This document shows positions 49,468-63,230 of a stretch of DNA of 64,000 bases, one piece after another. The notes under the pieces were generated by a model. The model was not told where the DNA came from and ran no database searches. It saw only the letters and a program-made list of their open reading frames with translations. The number at the start of each line of letters is the position of its first letter. Position 1 is the first letter of the stretch. The stretch comes from the human T2T-CHM13v2.0 reference genome, Homo sapiens. The stretch is taken from the NCBI RefSeq assembly GCF_009914755.1, contig NC_060936.1. One strand, given 5' to 3'. Position numbers and translations under genes: made by a program.

Positions 49468-52200
49468 AACTGCTCCATCATAAGAAAGTTATACTCTGTG
49501 AGATAAATGCATACGTCCCAAAGCAGTTTCTCAGAAAAGTTATTTCTATTTTTTCTCTCAAGATATTTCCTCTTTCACAATAGACCTCAATTCACTCCCA
49601 AATATGCTTTAGCAGATTCTACAAAATAGTGTTTCCAAACTGCACCATCAAAAGAAAAGGTTATCTTTGTGAGATGAATGCCCACATCACAAATCAGTTT
49701 CTCAGAAAACTTCTTTCTAATGTTATTCTGATGATATTTCCTTTCTCACCATAGTCCTCAAGGCACTCCCAAATATGACTTTGCAGATCGTATAAAAACA
49801 GTGTTTCCAATCTGCTCAATCAAAAGAAAGGTTTGAGTCTGTGAGATGAATGGACCCATTATAAAGCAGTAGCTCAGAATGTTTCTTTCTCGTTTTTCTC
49901 TGAAGATGTTTCCTTTTTCATCGTAGGCCTCAATGCGCTCCAAAATATCCCTTCACAAATTCTACAAAAACGGTGTTTCCAAACAGCTCCATCAATAGAA
50001 AAATTTAACCCTGTGAAATGAATGCACGTATAAAAAAGCAGTCTCTCAGAAGGTTTCTATGGTGTTTTTATCTAAAGATACTTCCTTTCTCACCATTGGC
50101 TTCAATGTGCTCCCAAATATCCCTTTGCAGATTATTCAAAAACAGTGTTTCCAAATTGCTCCATCAAGAGAAAGGTTTAACTCTGTGAGATGAATCCACA
50201 CAACTGAAAGCAGTTTCTCACAAAGCTTCTTTCTAGTTTTTCTCTGAAGATATTTCCTTTTTCACCATAGGAGTCAAAGTGCTCTGAAATATCCCTTCAT
50301 AGACTCTACAAAAACATTGTTTCCAAACTGCTCCACAGAAAGAAAGGTTTAATTCTGTGAGGGGGATGAACACATCACAAAGCAGTTTCTCCAAAAGATT
50401 CTTTATAGCTTGTTTGTGAAGATAATTCATTTTACAACATAGGCCTCCAAGCGCTCCCAAATATCCCTTTGCAAATAATACAAAAACAGTGTTTCCAAAC
50501 TGCTCATGCAAAAGAAAGGTTTACATCTGTGAGATGAATGCACACATCACAAATCAGTTTATCTAAATATTTCTTTGTAGCTTTTCTCTTAAGATTGTTC
50601 CTTTTTAACCATAGGTCTCATGGTGCTCCGAAATACCCCTTCGCAGATTGTAGAAAAAATGTTTCCAAACCACTCCATCAAAAGAAAGGTTTAACTGTGT
50701 GAGATGAATGCATACATCACAAAGCAGTCACTCAGAAAGCTTCTTTATAGTTTTTCTCTAAAGATATATCCATTTTCACTGTAGGTCTCAATGCGTTTCC
50801 AAATATCCCTCCGCAGATTCTACAGAAACCGTGTCTCCAAACTGCTCCATCAAAAGAAATGTTTAACTCTGTGAGCCGACTGCACTCAATACAAAGCAAT
50901 TTCTTAGAAAGCTTCTTTCTATTTCTTCTCTGATGTTATTTCCTTATTCACCATAGGCCTCAATGTGCTCCCAAATATCCTTTGGCAGATTCTATGAAAA
51001 CAGTGTTTTCAAACAACTCCATCAAGAGATAAGTTTAACTCTGTGAGATGAATGCATACATCACAAAGCAGTTTCTCAGAAAGCATCTTTCTATTTTTTC
51101 TCTGAAGGTGTTTCCTATTTCACAATAGCCCTCAATGTGCTCCCAATTATCCCTTTCCAGATTCTACAAAAACTGTGTTTCCAAAGTGTTCCACAAAAAG
51201 AAAGATTTAACTCCATGAGATGAATGCACTCATCACAAAGAATTTTTTCAGAAAGCTTCTTAGTTTCTCTCTGAGGTTATTTCCTTTTTCAGCATATTCC
51301 TCAATGCACTCCCAAGTATCCCTTTGCAGATTCTACAAAAACAGTGTTTCCAAACTGCTCTATCAAAAGAAAGGTTTAACTCAGGGAGATGAATGCACGC
51401 TTCTCAAAGCAGTTTCTCAGAAAGTTTCTTTCAATTTTTTCTCTAAATATATTTTCTTTTTCACTATAGGCCTACATGCACTCCCAAATATCCCTTCACA
51501 GATTGTACAAAAAGAGTGTTTCCAAACAGTGCAATGAAAAGAAAGGTTTATCTATGTGAGATGAAAGCACACATCACAAAGCAGTTTCTCAGAAACCTTT
51601 TCTCTTGTTTTTATCAGAAGGTATTTCCTTTTTCACCATAGGCCTCAATGTGCTCCCAAATATCCACCCACAGATACTCCAAAAAGAGTGTCTCCAAACT
51701 ACTACACCAAAAGAATCATTTAACTCTGTGAGTTGACTGCACACATCACAAAGCAGTTTCTCAGAAAGCTTCTTTCTAGTTCTCTGAAGATATTTCCTTT
51801 TTCACCATAGACATCAACGTGTTCCCAAATATGCCTTTGCAGATTCTACAAAAAATGTGTTTCCAAACTGCTTCATAAAAGAAAGTTATGTCTGTGTGAG
51901 ATGAATGCACACATCACAAAGCATTTTCTCAGAGATCTTCTTTGTATCTTTTATGTGAAGATATTTCCTTTTTCAGCATAAGCCCCAATATGCTCTCAAA
52001 TATCCCTTCATAGATTCTACAAAAACAGTGTTTTCAAAACTGCTGAACAAAAAGAAACTGTATGTCTGTGAGATGAGTGCACCCACCACAAAGCAGTTTC
52101 TCAGAAAACTTCTTTCCACTTTTCCTCTGAAGATATTTCCTTTTTCACAATAGGACTTAATGTGCTCCAAAATATCCCTTGGCAGATTCTAGAAATACAG
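49451..52200 (-). repeat. Diverged alpha satellite, monomeric class
   Basis: ctgctccatc-type monomers continuing in register from 48,067; right boundary approximate. Confidence 0.92.
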
Positions 52201-55200
52201 TGTTTGCATTCTGCTGAATGAAAAGAGAAATCTAACTATACAAGATGAAGGTACATTTCAAAAAGCAATTTCTCAGATAGCTACCTTATAGTTTTTATCC
52301 TGGAATATGTGATTTATCCCCATTGGCCTCAATGAGCTCCATAATTTCCATTCACAGAATGAACTAAAAGAATGTTTTCAAAGGAAAGTTTTAACTTTGT
52401 GAGATGAATGCATGCATCACAAAGCAAATTATCAGAGAGCTTCTTTCTTGTTTTTGTCTGAAGATGTTTCAACTATCTGCCTCAATGCACTCCCAAATAC
52501 CTCTTTGCAGATTCTACAAAAACAGATTTTCAAACTGTTGAATGAAAAGAACTGTTTAAATCTCTGAGACGAATGCACACATCACAAAGCGATTTCTCAG
52601 ATAGTTTCCTTCTAGCTTTTATCCTGGGATACTCCCTTTTTCTTCATTGGCCTCAATGAGTTCCCAAATCTCCATTTGCAGAATGGACAAAAACAGTGTT
52701 TCCAAACCATTGTATCCAAAGAAAGGTTTAATTCTGTGTGATGAATCTTCACAAAACAAAGCAGTTTCTTATAAATCTTCTTTCTAGTTTTATCTGAAGC
52801 TTTTTCCTTTTTCACAATAGGTCTCAATGCACTCCAAAGTATCCCTTTGCAGATTCTACAAAAACTTTGTTTCCAAACTGCCAAATGGAAAGAAAGATTT
52901 ATCTCTGTGAGATGAATGCACTTATCACAAAGTGGTTTCTCAGCTAGCTTCCTTCTAGTTTTTATCTTGGGATATTCATTTTTTCACCATTGGCCTCAAT
53001 GAGCTCCCAAATGTCCACTCACACAACGGACAAAAACAGTGTTTCCAAACTGCGGAAACCAAAGAAAGTTTCATCTCTGTGAGATGAATGCACACATCAC
53101 AAAGCAGTTTCTCAGAGCGCTTCTTTCTAGTTTTTATCTGAAGGTATTTCCTTTTTCACCATATGCTTCAAAGCACTCCCAAATATCCCTTTGCAGATTC
53201 TACAAAAACAGTCTTTCTAATCTGCTGAAGGAAAAGTGAGGTTTAATGCTGCAAGATGAGTGCATACATAACAAAGCTGTTTCTCAGTGGGCTCCCTTCT
53301 ATTTATTATCCTGGGATATTTGTTTTTCACCATTGGCCTCAATGTTCTCCAAAATGTCCATTTGCAGAATGGACAAAAACAGTGTTTCCAAACTACTGAA
53401 TTAAAAGAAAGGTTTAACTCTGCAAGATGAATGCACACAACAAAAGCAGTTTCTCAGATAGCTTATTTCTAGTTTTTATCCTCTGATATTTGCTTTTTCA
53501 CCATTGGCCTCAAGGAGCTCACAAATGTGCATTTGCAGAATGGACAAAAGCAGTGTTTCCAAACTGCAGAATCTAAAGTATGGTTTAACTGTGAGATGAA
53601 TGCACACATCACAAAGCAGTGTCTCGGAAAAGTTCTTTCTGGTTTTTCTCTGAAGATGTTTCCTTTTTCACCATAGTCCTCAATGAGCTCGCAAATATCC
53701 CTTCCCAGATTCTGCAAAAATAGTGTTACCAAACAGCTGAATGCAAAGAGAGGTTTAACTCTGTGACATGAATGCACAAATCACAAAGCAGTCTCTCAGA
53801 AAGTTTCTTTCCAGTTTTTAACTGAAGATGTTTCCTCTATCATTGTAGGCCTCAATGCACTCCAAAATATCCCATCGCAGATTCTGAAAAAACAGTACTT
53901 CCAAACTGCTGAATGAAAAGGAATGTTTAACTCTGTGAGATGAATGCACAACAAAAAACAATTTATCAGATAGCTTCCTTCTATTTTTTATCCTGGTGTA
54001 TTCCCTTTTTCACCATTGGCCTCCATGAGCTCCCATACGTCCATTTGCAGAATGCACAAAACAGTGTTTCCAAACAGCTGAATCAAAAGAAAGGTTTAAC
54101 ACTGTGAGATGAATGGACAACTCAGAAAGCAGTTTCACCAAAATTTTCTTTCTAATTTTTATTTGAAGATGTTTCCTTTTTCAACATGGACCTCTATGAG
54201 CTTTCAAATATCTCTTCACATATTCTACCAAAACCGTGTTTCCAAACTGTTGTGTGAAAGAAAGTGTTTAAATACGTGAGATGAATGCATACATCACAAA
54301 GTAGTTTCTCTGATAGCTTCTTTGTAGTTTTTATCCTTGTTTAATCGTTTTTTTGCCTTTGGCCTCAATGAGTTCCCAAATGTCCATTCATAGAATGGAC
54401 AGAAACAGTCTTTCCAAACTGCTGAATGCAAAGAAAATTTTAATTCTGTAAGGTGAATGCACACACCACAAAGCAGTTTCTCAGAAAGCTTCTTTCTAGT
54501 TTTTATCTGAAAATTGTGCCTTTTTCACAATAGTCCTCAATGCACTCCTAAATATCCCTTCCCAGATTCTAGAAAAACAGTGTTTCCAAACTGCTGAATG
54601 AAAAGAAAGGTTTAACTCTGTGACATGAATGTACACATCACAAAGAGATTCCTTAGGTGGGTTCCTTCAAATTTTTATCCTGGGATATTCGCTTTTTCAC
54701 CATTGGCCTCAATGATCTCCAAAACAGTGTTTCCAAACTGCTGAATTGAAAGAAAGATTTACCTCTGTGTGATGAATGCACACATCACAAAGCAATTTCT
54801 CATAAAGCTTTTTTCTATTTGTTATCTGAAGATGTTTCCTTTTCACCGTAGGCCTCGATGCACTCCCAAATATCCCTTCACAGGTTCTATAAAAACTGTT
54901 TCCAATAGGCTGAATTAAAAGAAAGGTTTAAATCCACGAGATTAAGGCACACATCACAAAGCAGTTTCTCAGATAGCTTCCTTCTACTTTTTATCCTGGG
55001 ATAGTTGCCTTTTCGCTATTGGCCTCAATGAGATTTTAAAAGTCCATTTGTAGAATGGACAAAAACAGTGTTTCCAAACTGCTGAATCCAAAGAAAGATT
55101 TGTCTCCTTGAGATGAATGCATACATCACAAAGCAGTTTCTCTGAAATCTTCTTTCTAGTTTTTGTCTGAATGTGTTTCCTTTTTCACCATATATCTCAA

Positions 55201-58200
55201 TGCATTCTGAAATATCCCTTTGTAGATACTACAAAAACAGTGTTTCCAAACTGTTGAATGAAAAGAAATGTTTAACTCTGCAAGATGTATGGACACATCA
55301 CAGAGCAGTTTCTCAGATGTCATCCTTCTATTTTTTATCCTGGGATATTTGCTTTTTGGCCATTGGCCTCAATGAGCTCACAAATGTCCATTCCTAGAAT
55401 GCACAAAAACAGTGTTTCTAAACTGCTGAAAAAAGAAATTTTTAACTCTGTGAGATGAATGCACACATGACAAAGCAGTTTCTCAGACATCAACCTTAAA
55501 GTTTTTATCCCAGAATATTCTCTTTTCTGCAATTGGCCCCAATGAGTTCCCATTTGTCCATTTGCAGAATGAACAAAAACAGTGTTCCCAAATAGATGAA
55601 TCCAAGAAAGTGTTAACTCAGTTAGATGAATGAACACATCTCAAAGTAGTTTCTCAGAAAGCTTCTTTCTAGTTTCGTCTGAAGATGTTTCCTTTTTCAC
55701 TATAGGCCTCAACATGCTTTCACATATCCCCTTGGAGATTCCACAAGCACATTTCCAAACTGCTGAATGAAAAGAAAGGATTAACTGTGCCAGATGAATG
55801 CACACATCACAACTTGGTTTCTCAGATAGTTTCCCTCTAGTTTTTATCCTGGGATACTTGCTTTTTAACCATTCACCTCAATGAGCTCAAAAATGTCCAT
55901 TCGCTTATGGACGAAAAGAGTGTTTCCAAACTGCTGAATTAAAAGAAATGTTTAACTCTGTGAGATGAATGCACATATCACAAAGCGGTTTCTCAGAAAG
56001 CTTGTTTCTACTATTTCTCTGAATATGCTTCCCTTTTCACCATAGACCTTAATGCGCTCACAAATACCCCTTCACAGGTTCTACCAAAACAATGTTTCCA
56101 AACTTCTCATTCAAAAGAAAGGTAACTATGTGAAATGAATGCACACATCACAAAGCAGTTTCTCAGAAGGCTTCTTTCTATTTTTTATCCTGGGATATTC
56201 ACTTTTTCACCATTGGCCTCAATGAGCTCCCAAATGTCCATTAGTAGAATGGAGAAAAACAGTGTTTCCAAACTGCAGAATCCAAAGTAAGGTTTAACTG
56301 TGAGATGAATGCACACATCACAAAGTAGTTTCTCAGAAAGTTTCTTTCTAGTTTTTATCTGATAATCATTCCTTTTTCACCATTGGCCTTAATACGCTCC
56401 CAAATATCCCTTCACATATTCTACAAAAACAGTGTTTCCAAACTACTGAAAGAAAATCAAACTTTAACTCTGTGATATAAATGCACATTTCACAAAGCAG
56501 TCTCTCAGATAGCTTCTTTCTAGTTTTTATCCTGGAATATTCACTTTTTCACCATTGGCCTCAATGAATTACCGAATGTCCATTTGCAAAATGGACAAAA
56601 ACAGTGTTTCCAAACTGCTGAACCCAAACAAATTTTTAATTCTGTGAGATGAAATTACCAATCACAAAGCAGTTTCTCAGAAAGCTTCTTTCTAGTTTTT
56701 ATCTAAAGATGTTTCCTTTTTCACCATAGGTCTCAATGTGCTACAAAATAGCTCTTTGCTCATGCTACAAAAACTGTGTTTCCAAACTGCTCAATGAAAG
56801 AAAGGATTAAAACTGTGAGATGAATGCACACATCACAAAGTGGTTTCTCAGATAGCTTCCTTGTAGTTTTTTTTCCTGGGTTATTCAATTTTTAGCCATT
56901 GGCCTCAATGAGCTCCCAAATGTCCATTCACAGAAAGGACAAAAACAGTGTTTCCTAACTGCTGAATCCAAAGAGTGTTTGAACTATGTGAGATGAATAC
57001 GGACATCACAAAGCAGTTTCTCAGAAAGCTTCTTTCTAGTTTTTATCTGAGGATCATTCCTTTTTCTGATAGACCTCAATGCGCTCCCTGAAATACCTTC
57101 ACTGATTCTATAAGGAAGTTTTTCCAAACTAAGGAAAGAAAAGCAAATTTTAAACCTGTGAGATGAATGCAGACATCACAAAGGGGTTTCTCAGATACTT
57201 TCCTTCTAGTTTTTATCCTGGTATATTCACTTTTTGGCCTTGGCCTCAATGAGCTCCCAAATGTCCATTCACAGGATAGACAAAAACAGGGTTTCCAAAA
57301 TACCAATTCCAAAGAATTGTTTAACTCTGTGATATGAATGCATGTATCACAAAGCAGTTTCTCAGAAAGTTTCTTTCTGGTTTTCATCTGAAGATATTAC
57401 CTTTTTCACCATAGGCATCAATGCGTTTCCAAACGGCCCTTCACAGATACTATAAAAAGAGTTTTTCCACTCTGCCATATGAAAAGAAAGTTTTAACTCT
57501 GTGAGATGAATGCACATATCACAAAGCAGTTTATCAGGTAGCTTCCTTCAAGTTTTTATCCTGGGATATTTGCTTTTTTGCCATTGGCCTCAATGAGCTC
57601 CCAAATATCCATTCACAGAATGGACAAAAGCAGTGTTTGCAAACTGGTGAATCCAAAGAAAGGTTTACCTCTGTGAAATGAATGCACACATCAGAAAACA
57701 GTTTCTCAGAATGCTTCTTTCTAGTTTTTATCTGAGGTTCAATCCTTTTTCACCATAGGCCTGAAATCACTCCCAAATAACCCTTTACATATTCTTCAAA
57801 AACATTGTTTCTAAACCTCTGAGTGAAAACAAAGGTTTAACTCTGTGACACATCACAAGGAAGTTTCTCAGACACCTTCCTTCTCGTTTTTATCTGGGGA
57901 TATATGGTTTTTTGCCATTGGCCTCAATTAGCTACCAAGTGTACCACAGAATTTACAAAAAAAGTGTTTTGAAACTGCTGAATCCAAAGCAATTTTTAAC
58001 TCTGTGAGATGAAAGCACACATAATAAAGTAGTTTCTCAGAAATCTGCTTTCTGGTTTTTATCTGAAGATGTTTCCTTTTTCACCGTAGGCCTCAATGTG
58101 CTCCCAAATATCACTTTATACAATCTACAAAAACAGTGTTTCCAAACTACTCAATGAAAAGAAAGTTTTAACTCTTCGAGATGACTGAACATCACAAAGT

Positions 58201-59714
58201 GGTTTCTCAGATAGCTTCCTCCTAGTTTTTATCCTGGGATATTTGATTTTTTACCATTGTCCTCAAAGAGCTCCTAAATGTCCATTCACAGAATGGACAA
58301 TAACAGTGTTTCCAAGATGCTGAATCCAAAGAGAGTTTTAACAGTTTGAGATGAATGCACACATCACAAAGCAGTTTCTCAGAGAGCTTCTTTCTAGTTT
58401 TTATCTGAAGATGTTTCCTTTTTCAACATAGACCTAACTGTGCTCCCAAATATCCCTTTCCAGGTTCTACCAAAACATTGTTTCCAACCTTCTCATTCAA
58501 AAGAAAGGATTAACTCTGTGAGATGAATGCACACATCACAAAGCAGTTTCTCAGAAAGCTTCTTTCTAGTTTTTCTCTGAAGATATTTCGTTTTTCACCA
58601 TAGGCCTCAATGCATTTCCAAATATCCCTTCACAGTTTCTACTAAAACAGTGTTTCCAAACTGCTGAATGAAAAGAAAGGTTTAACTCTGTGAGATGAAT
58701 TCACATATCACAAAACAGTTTCTCAGAAAGCTTCTTTCTACCATTTCTCTGAATACACTTCCATTTTCACAGTAGACCTCAATGCACTCCCAAATATCCC
58801 TTCACAGGTTCTACCAAAACAGTGTTTCCAAACTTCTCTATCAAAATAAAGGTAACTGTGAGATGAATCCACACATCACAAAGCAGTTTCTAAGAAGGCT
58901 TCTTTCTAGTTTTTATCCTGGGATACTCACTTTTTTGCCATTGACCTCAATGAGCTCCCAAAAGTCCATTCACAGAATGGAGAAAAACAGTGTTTCCAAA
59001 GTGCAGAATCCAAAGTATGGCTTAACTGTGAGATGAATGTGTACATCACAAAGCAATTTCTCTGAAAGATTCCTGTTTTTATCTGAAGATATTTCCCTTT
59101 TCACCATAGGCCTCAATGCACTCCCTAATATCCCTTCCCAGATTCTACAAAAACAGTGTCTCCAAACTGCTGAATGGAAAGAAAGGTTTATACCTGTGAA
59201 ATGAATGCACACATCACAAAGCAGTTTCTCAGAAACCTTTCTAGTTTTTATCTGAATATATTTCCTTTTTCACTGTAGGTCTCAATGCACTCCCAAATAG
59301 CCCTTCGCTCATTCTAAAAAAAACAGTGTTTGCAAACTGCTGAATGAAAGAAAGGATTAAATCTGGGAGATGAATGCAGACATCACAAAGTGGTTTCTCA
59401 TATAGCTTCCTTCCAGTTTTTACCCTAGTATATTTGCTTTATGACTTTGGCCCCAATGAGCTCCCAAATATCCATTTGCAGAATGGACAAAAACAGGGTT
59501 TCCAAAATACTGATTCCAAAGTATTGCTGAACTCTGTGATGTGAAGGCACACATCGCAAAGCAGTTTCTCAGAAAGCTTCCTTCTAGTTTTCATCAGAAG
59601 ACGTTTTCTTTTTAAGCATAGGAATCAATGCACAACCAAATAGCCCTTCGCAGATTCTACAAAAACAGTGTTTCAAAATTGCTTTATGAAAAGAATGGTT
59701 TAACTATGTTAGAT
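52201..59714 (-). repeat. Diverged alpha satellite, dimeric class
   Basis: Alternating ctgaagat and cctgggatat monomers with ctgctgaat; ends at the strand switch. Confidence 0.93.
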
Positions 59715-62700
59715 ATTTGGGGGCACATTCAAAAAGGAAATACCTTCAGATAAAAACTAGAAAGAAGCTTTCTGAGAAACTGCTTTGTGATGTGTGCATT
59801 CATCTCACAGAGTTTAACCTTTCTTTTGAAGGAGCAATTTGGAAACACTGTATTTGTAGAATCTGCGAAGGTATATTTGAGAGCGCATTCAGTCATATGG
59901 TGAAAAGGGAAACCACTTCAGATAAAAACAGGGCAGAAGCTTTCTGAGAAACTGCTTTGTGAAGTGTGCTTTCATCTCACAGAATTAAGCATTTGTTTTG
60001 GTGGAGCAGTTTGGAAAGACTGTTTTTTTAAAATCTGCTTAGGGATATTTGGGAGCGTATTGAGGTCTATGGTGAATAAGAAAATATCTTCAGATAAAAA
60101 CTGGAAAGAAGCGTTCTGAGAAACTGCTTTGTGATGTGTGCATTCGTCTCACAGAGTTAAACTTTTCTTTTGATGGAGCAGTGTGGAAAATCTGTTTTTG
60201 TATAATCTGGGAAGGGATAATTGGAAGCCCATTGAGGCCTATGGTGAAAAGAGAAATGTCTTCAGAGAAAAACTAGAAAGAAGGTTTCTAAGAAACTGCT
60301 TTGTAATAAGTGCATTCAACTCACAGAGTTAAACCTTTCTTTTGAAGGAGCAGTTTGGAAACACTGTATTTGTAGAATCTGTGAAGGCATATTTGAGAGT
60401 GCTTTCAGTCGTATGGTGAAAAAAGAAATCACTTCAGATAAAAACTAGGCAGAAGCTTTCTGAGAAACTGCTTTGTGAAGTGTTTGTAGAATTTGCATAG
60501 GGATGTTTGAGAGCTTATTGAGCTCTACGGTGAATAAGTAAATATCTTCAGATAAAAATTGGAAAGAAGCTTTCTGAGAAACAGCTTTGCAATGTATACA
60601 TTCATTGCATAGAGTTAAACCTTTCTATTGAAGGAGCAGTTGGAAATACTGTATTTGTAGAATCAGCGAAGGCATGTTTCGGAGCACTTTCAGGTACATG
60701 GTGAAAAGGAAAATCACTTCAGATAAAAACTAGACAGAAGCTTTCTGAGAAACTGCTTGGTGAGGTGTTTTTCATCTCACAGAATTCAACATTTCTTATG
60801 GCTGAGTAGTTTGAAAACACTTTTTATAATCTGTGAAGGTGTATTTTGGGGCCCATTGAGGCCTATACTGAAAAAGGAAATACCTTCAGGGGAAAACTAG
60901 AAAGAAGCTTTGTGCAAAACTGCTTTGTGATGTGTGCATTCATCTCACAGATTTAAACCTTTTCTTGAAGGAGCAGTTTGGAAACATTGTATTTGTGGAA
61001 TGTGCGAAGGCACATTTGGGCAGGCTATCAGTCCTATGGTGAAAAAGGAAACATCTTCAGATAAAAACTAGAAAGAAGCTTTCTGAGAAACTGCTTTGTG
61101 AAGTGTGCTTTCATCTCACAGAATTAAATATTTCTTTTGGTGGAGCAGTTTGGAAACAGTCTTTTTGTAGAATCTGGGTAGGGATATTTGGGAACTCATT
61201 GAGGCCTATGGTGAATTAGGAATATCTTCAGATAAATACTGGAAAGAAGCTTTGTGAGAAGCTGCTTTGTGATGTGTGCAGTCATCTCACTGAGGTAAAC
61301 TTTCGTTTTGATGGAGTAGAATGGAAACACTGTTTTTGTAGAATCTGTGAAGGGATAATTGGGAGCATATTGAGGCCTACAGTAAAAAGTGAAATATCTT
61401 CAGAGAAAAACTGGAAAGAAGCTTTCTAAGAAATTGCTTTGTGACCTGTGCATTCATCTCACACAGTTAAACATTTCTTTTGATGGAGCAATTGGTAAAT
61501 ACTGTTCCTGTATAATCTGTGAATGGATATTTTGGTGCACTTTGATTCCTATGGTTAAAAGGAAATTTCTTCAGAGAAAAACTAGAAAGAAACTTTCTGA
61601 GAAACTTATTTGTGATGTATGCATTCATCTCACAGAGTTAAACCTTTCCTTTGATGGAGCAGTTTGTTAACTCTGTTTTTGTATAAACTGCGAAGGGATA
61701 TTTTGGAGTGCATTCAGGATTATGGTTAAAATAGAAATAACTTTAGACAAAAACTAGAAAGAAGCTTTCTGAGAAACTGCTTTGGATGTGTGCGTTCATC
61801 TCACAGAGTTAATCCTTTCGATTGAAGGAGCAGTTTGGAAAAGTTGTATTAGTAGAATCTGCAAAGGCATATTTGGGAGTGCTCTCAGATACATGGTGAA
61901 AAGGGAAATTACTTAAGATAAAAGCTAGACAGAAGCTTTCTGAGAAACCGCTTGGTGATGTTTGCTTTCATCTCACAGAATTAAACCTCTCTTTTGATGG
62001 AGTAGTTTGGAAACACTGTTTTATATAGAATCTGCAAAGGGATATTTGGGAGCACATTGAGGCCTCTTGTGAAAAACGAGATATCTTCAGAGTAAAACTA
62101 GAAAGAAGCTTCGTGAGAAACTGCTTTGTGATGTGTGCATTCATCTCACAGAGTTAAACCTTTGTTTTGATGGAGCAGTTTGTAAAAACTGTTTTTGTAT
62201 AATCTGCGAAGGGATATTTTGGAGAACTTTGAGTCCTATGGTGAAAATGGAAATATCTTTAGACAAAAACTAGAATGCAACTTTCTGAGAAACTGCTTTG
62301 TGATGTGTTCATTAATCTCACAGAGTTAAACCTTTCTTTTGATGGAGTAGTTTGGAAACACTGTATTTGTAGAATCTGCAAAGGGATATTTGGGAGTGCA
62401 TTTAGGCCTGTGGTGAAAAGAGAAATATCTTCAGAGGAAAACTAGAAATAAGCTTTGTGAGAAACTGCTTTGTGATGTGTGCATTCATCTCACAGACCTA
62501 AACCTTTCTACTGAAGGAGCAGTTTGGAATCACTGTATTTGTAGAATCTGTGAAGGCATATTTGAGAGTGCTTTCAGGTATACAGTGAAAAGGGAAATTG
62601 CTCCAGATACAAACTAGACAGAAACTTTCTGAGAAACTGCTTGGTGGTGTGTACTTTTGTCTGATAGAATTAACCCTTTCTTTTGGTGGAGTAGTTTGGA

Positions 62701-63230
62701 AACACTGCTTTTGTAGAATCTGCAAAGTGGTATTTGGGAGCGCATTGAGGACTATTATGAAAAAGGAAATATCTTCAGAGAACATCTAGAAAGAAGCTTT
62801 GTGAGAAACTGCTTTGTGATGTGTGCATTCATTTCACAGAGTTAAACCTTGCTTTTGAAGGAGCAGTTTGGAAACACTGTATTTGTAGAATCTGTGAAGA
62901 CATACTTGGGAGCATTGTCAGTCATGTGGTGAAAAGGGAAATTACTTCAGATAAAAACTATACAGAAGCTTTCTGAGAAACTGCTCAGTGATGTGTGCTT
63001 TCATCTCACATAATTAAACATTTCTTTTGGTGGAGCCATTTGGAAAGATGGTAGAATCTCTGTAGGGGTATTTGGGAGCTCAGTGAGACCCATGGTGAAT
63101 AAACAAATATCTTCAGATAAAAACTGGAAAGAAGCTTTCCGAGAAACTGCTTTGTGATGTGTGCATTCATGTCACAGTGCTAAACCTTTCTTTTGATGGA
63201 ACCATAAGGAAATACTCTTTTTGTAGAATC
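59712..63230 (+). repeat. Alpha satellite in the opposite (consensus) orientation, monomeric class
   Basis: Reads ctttctgagaaactgctttgtgatgtgtgcattcatctcacagagttaaacctttcttttgatggagcagtttggaaacac, the reverse complement of the ctgctccatcaaaag class. Confidence 0.97.
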
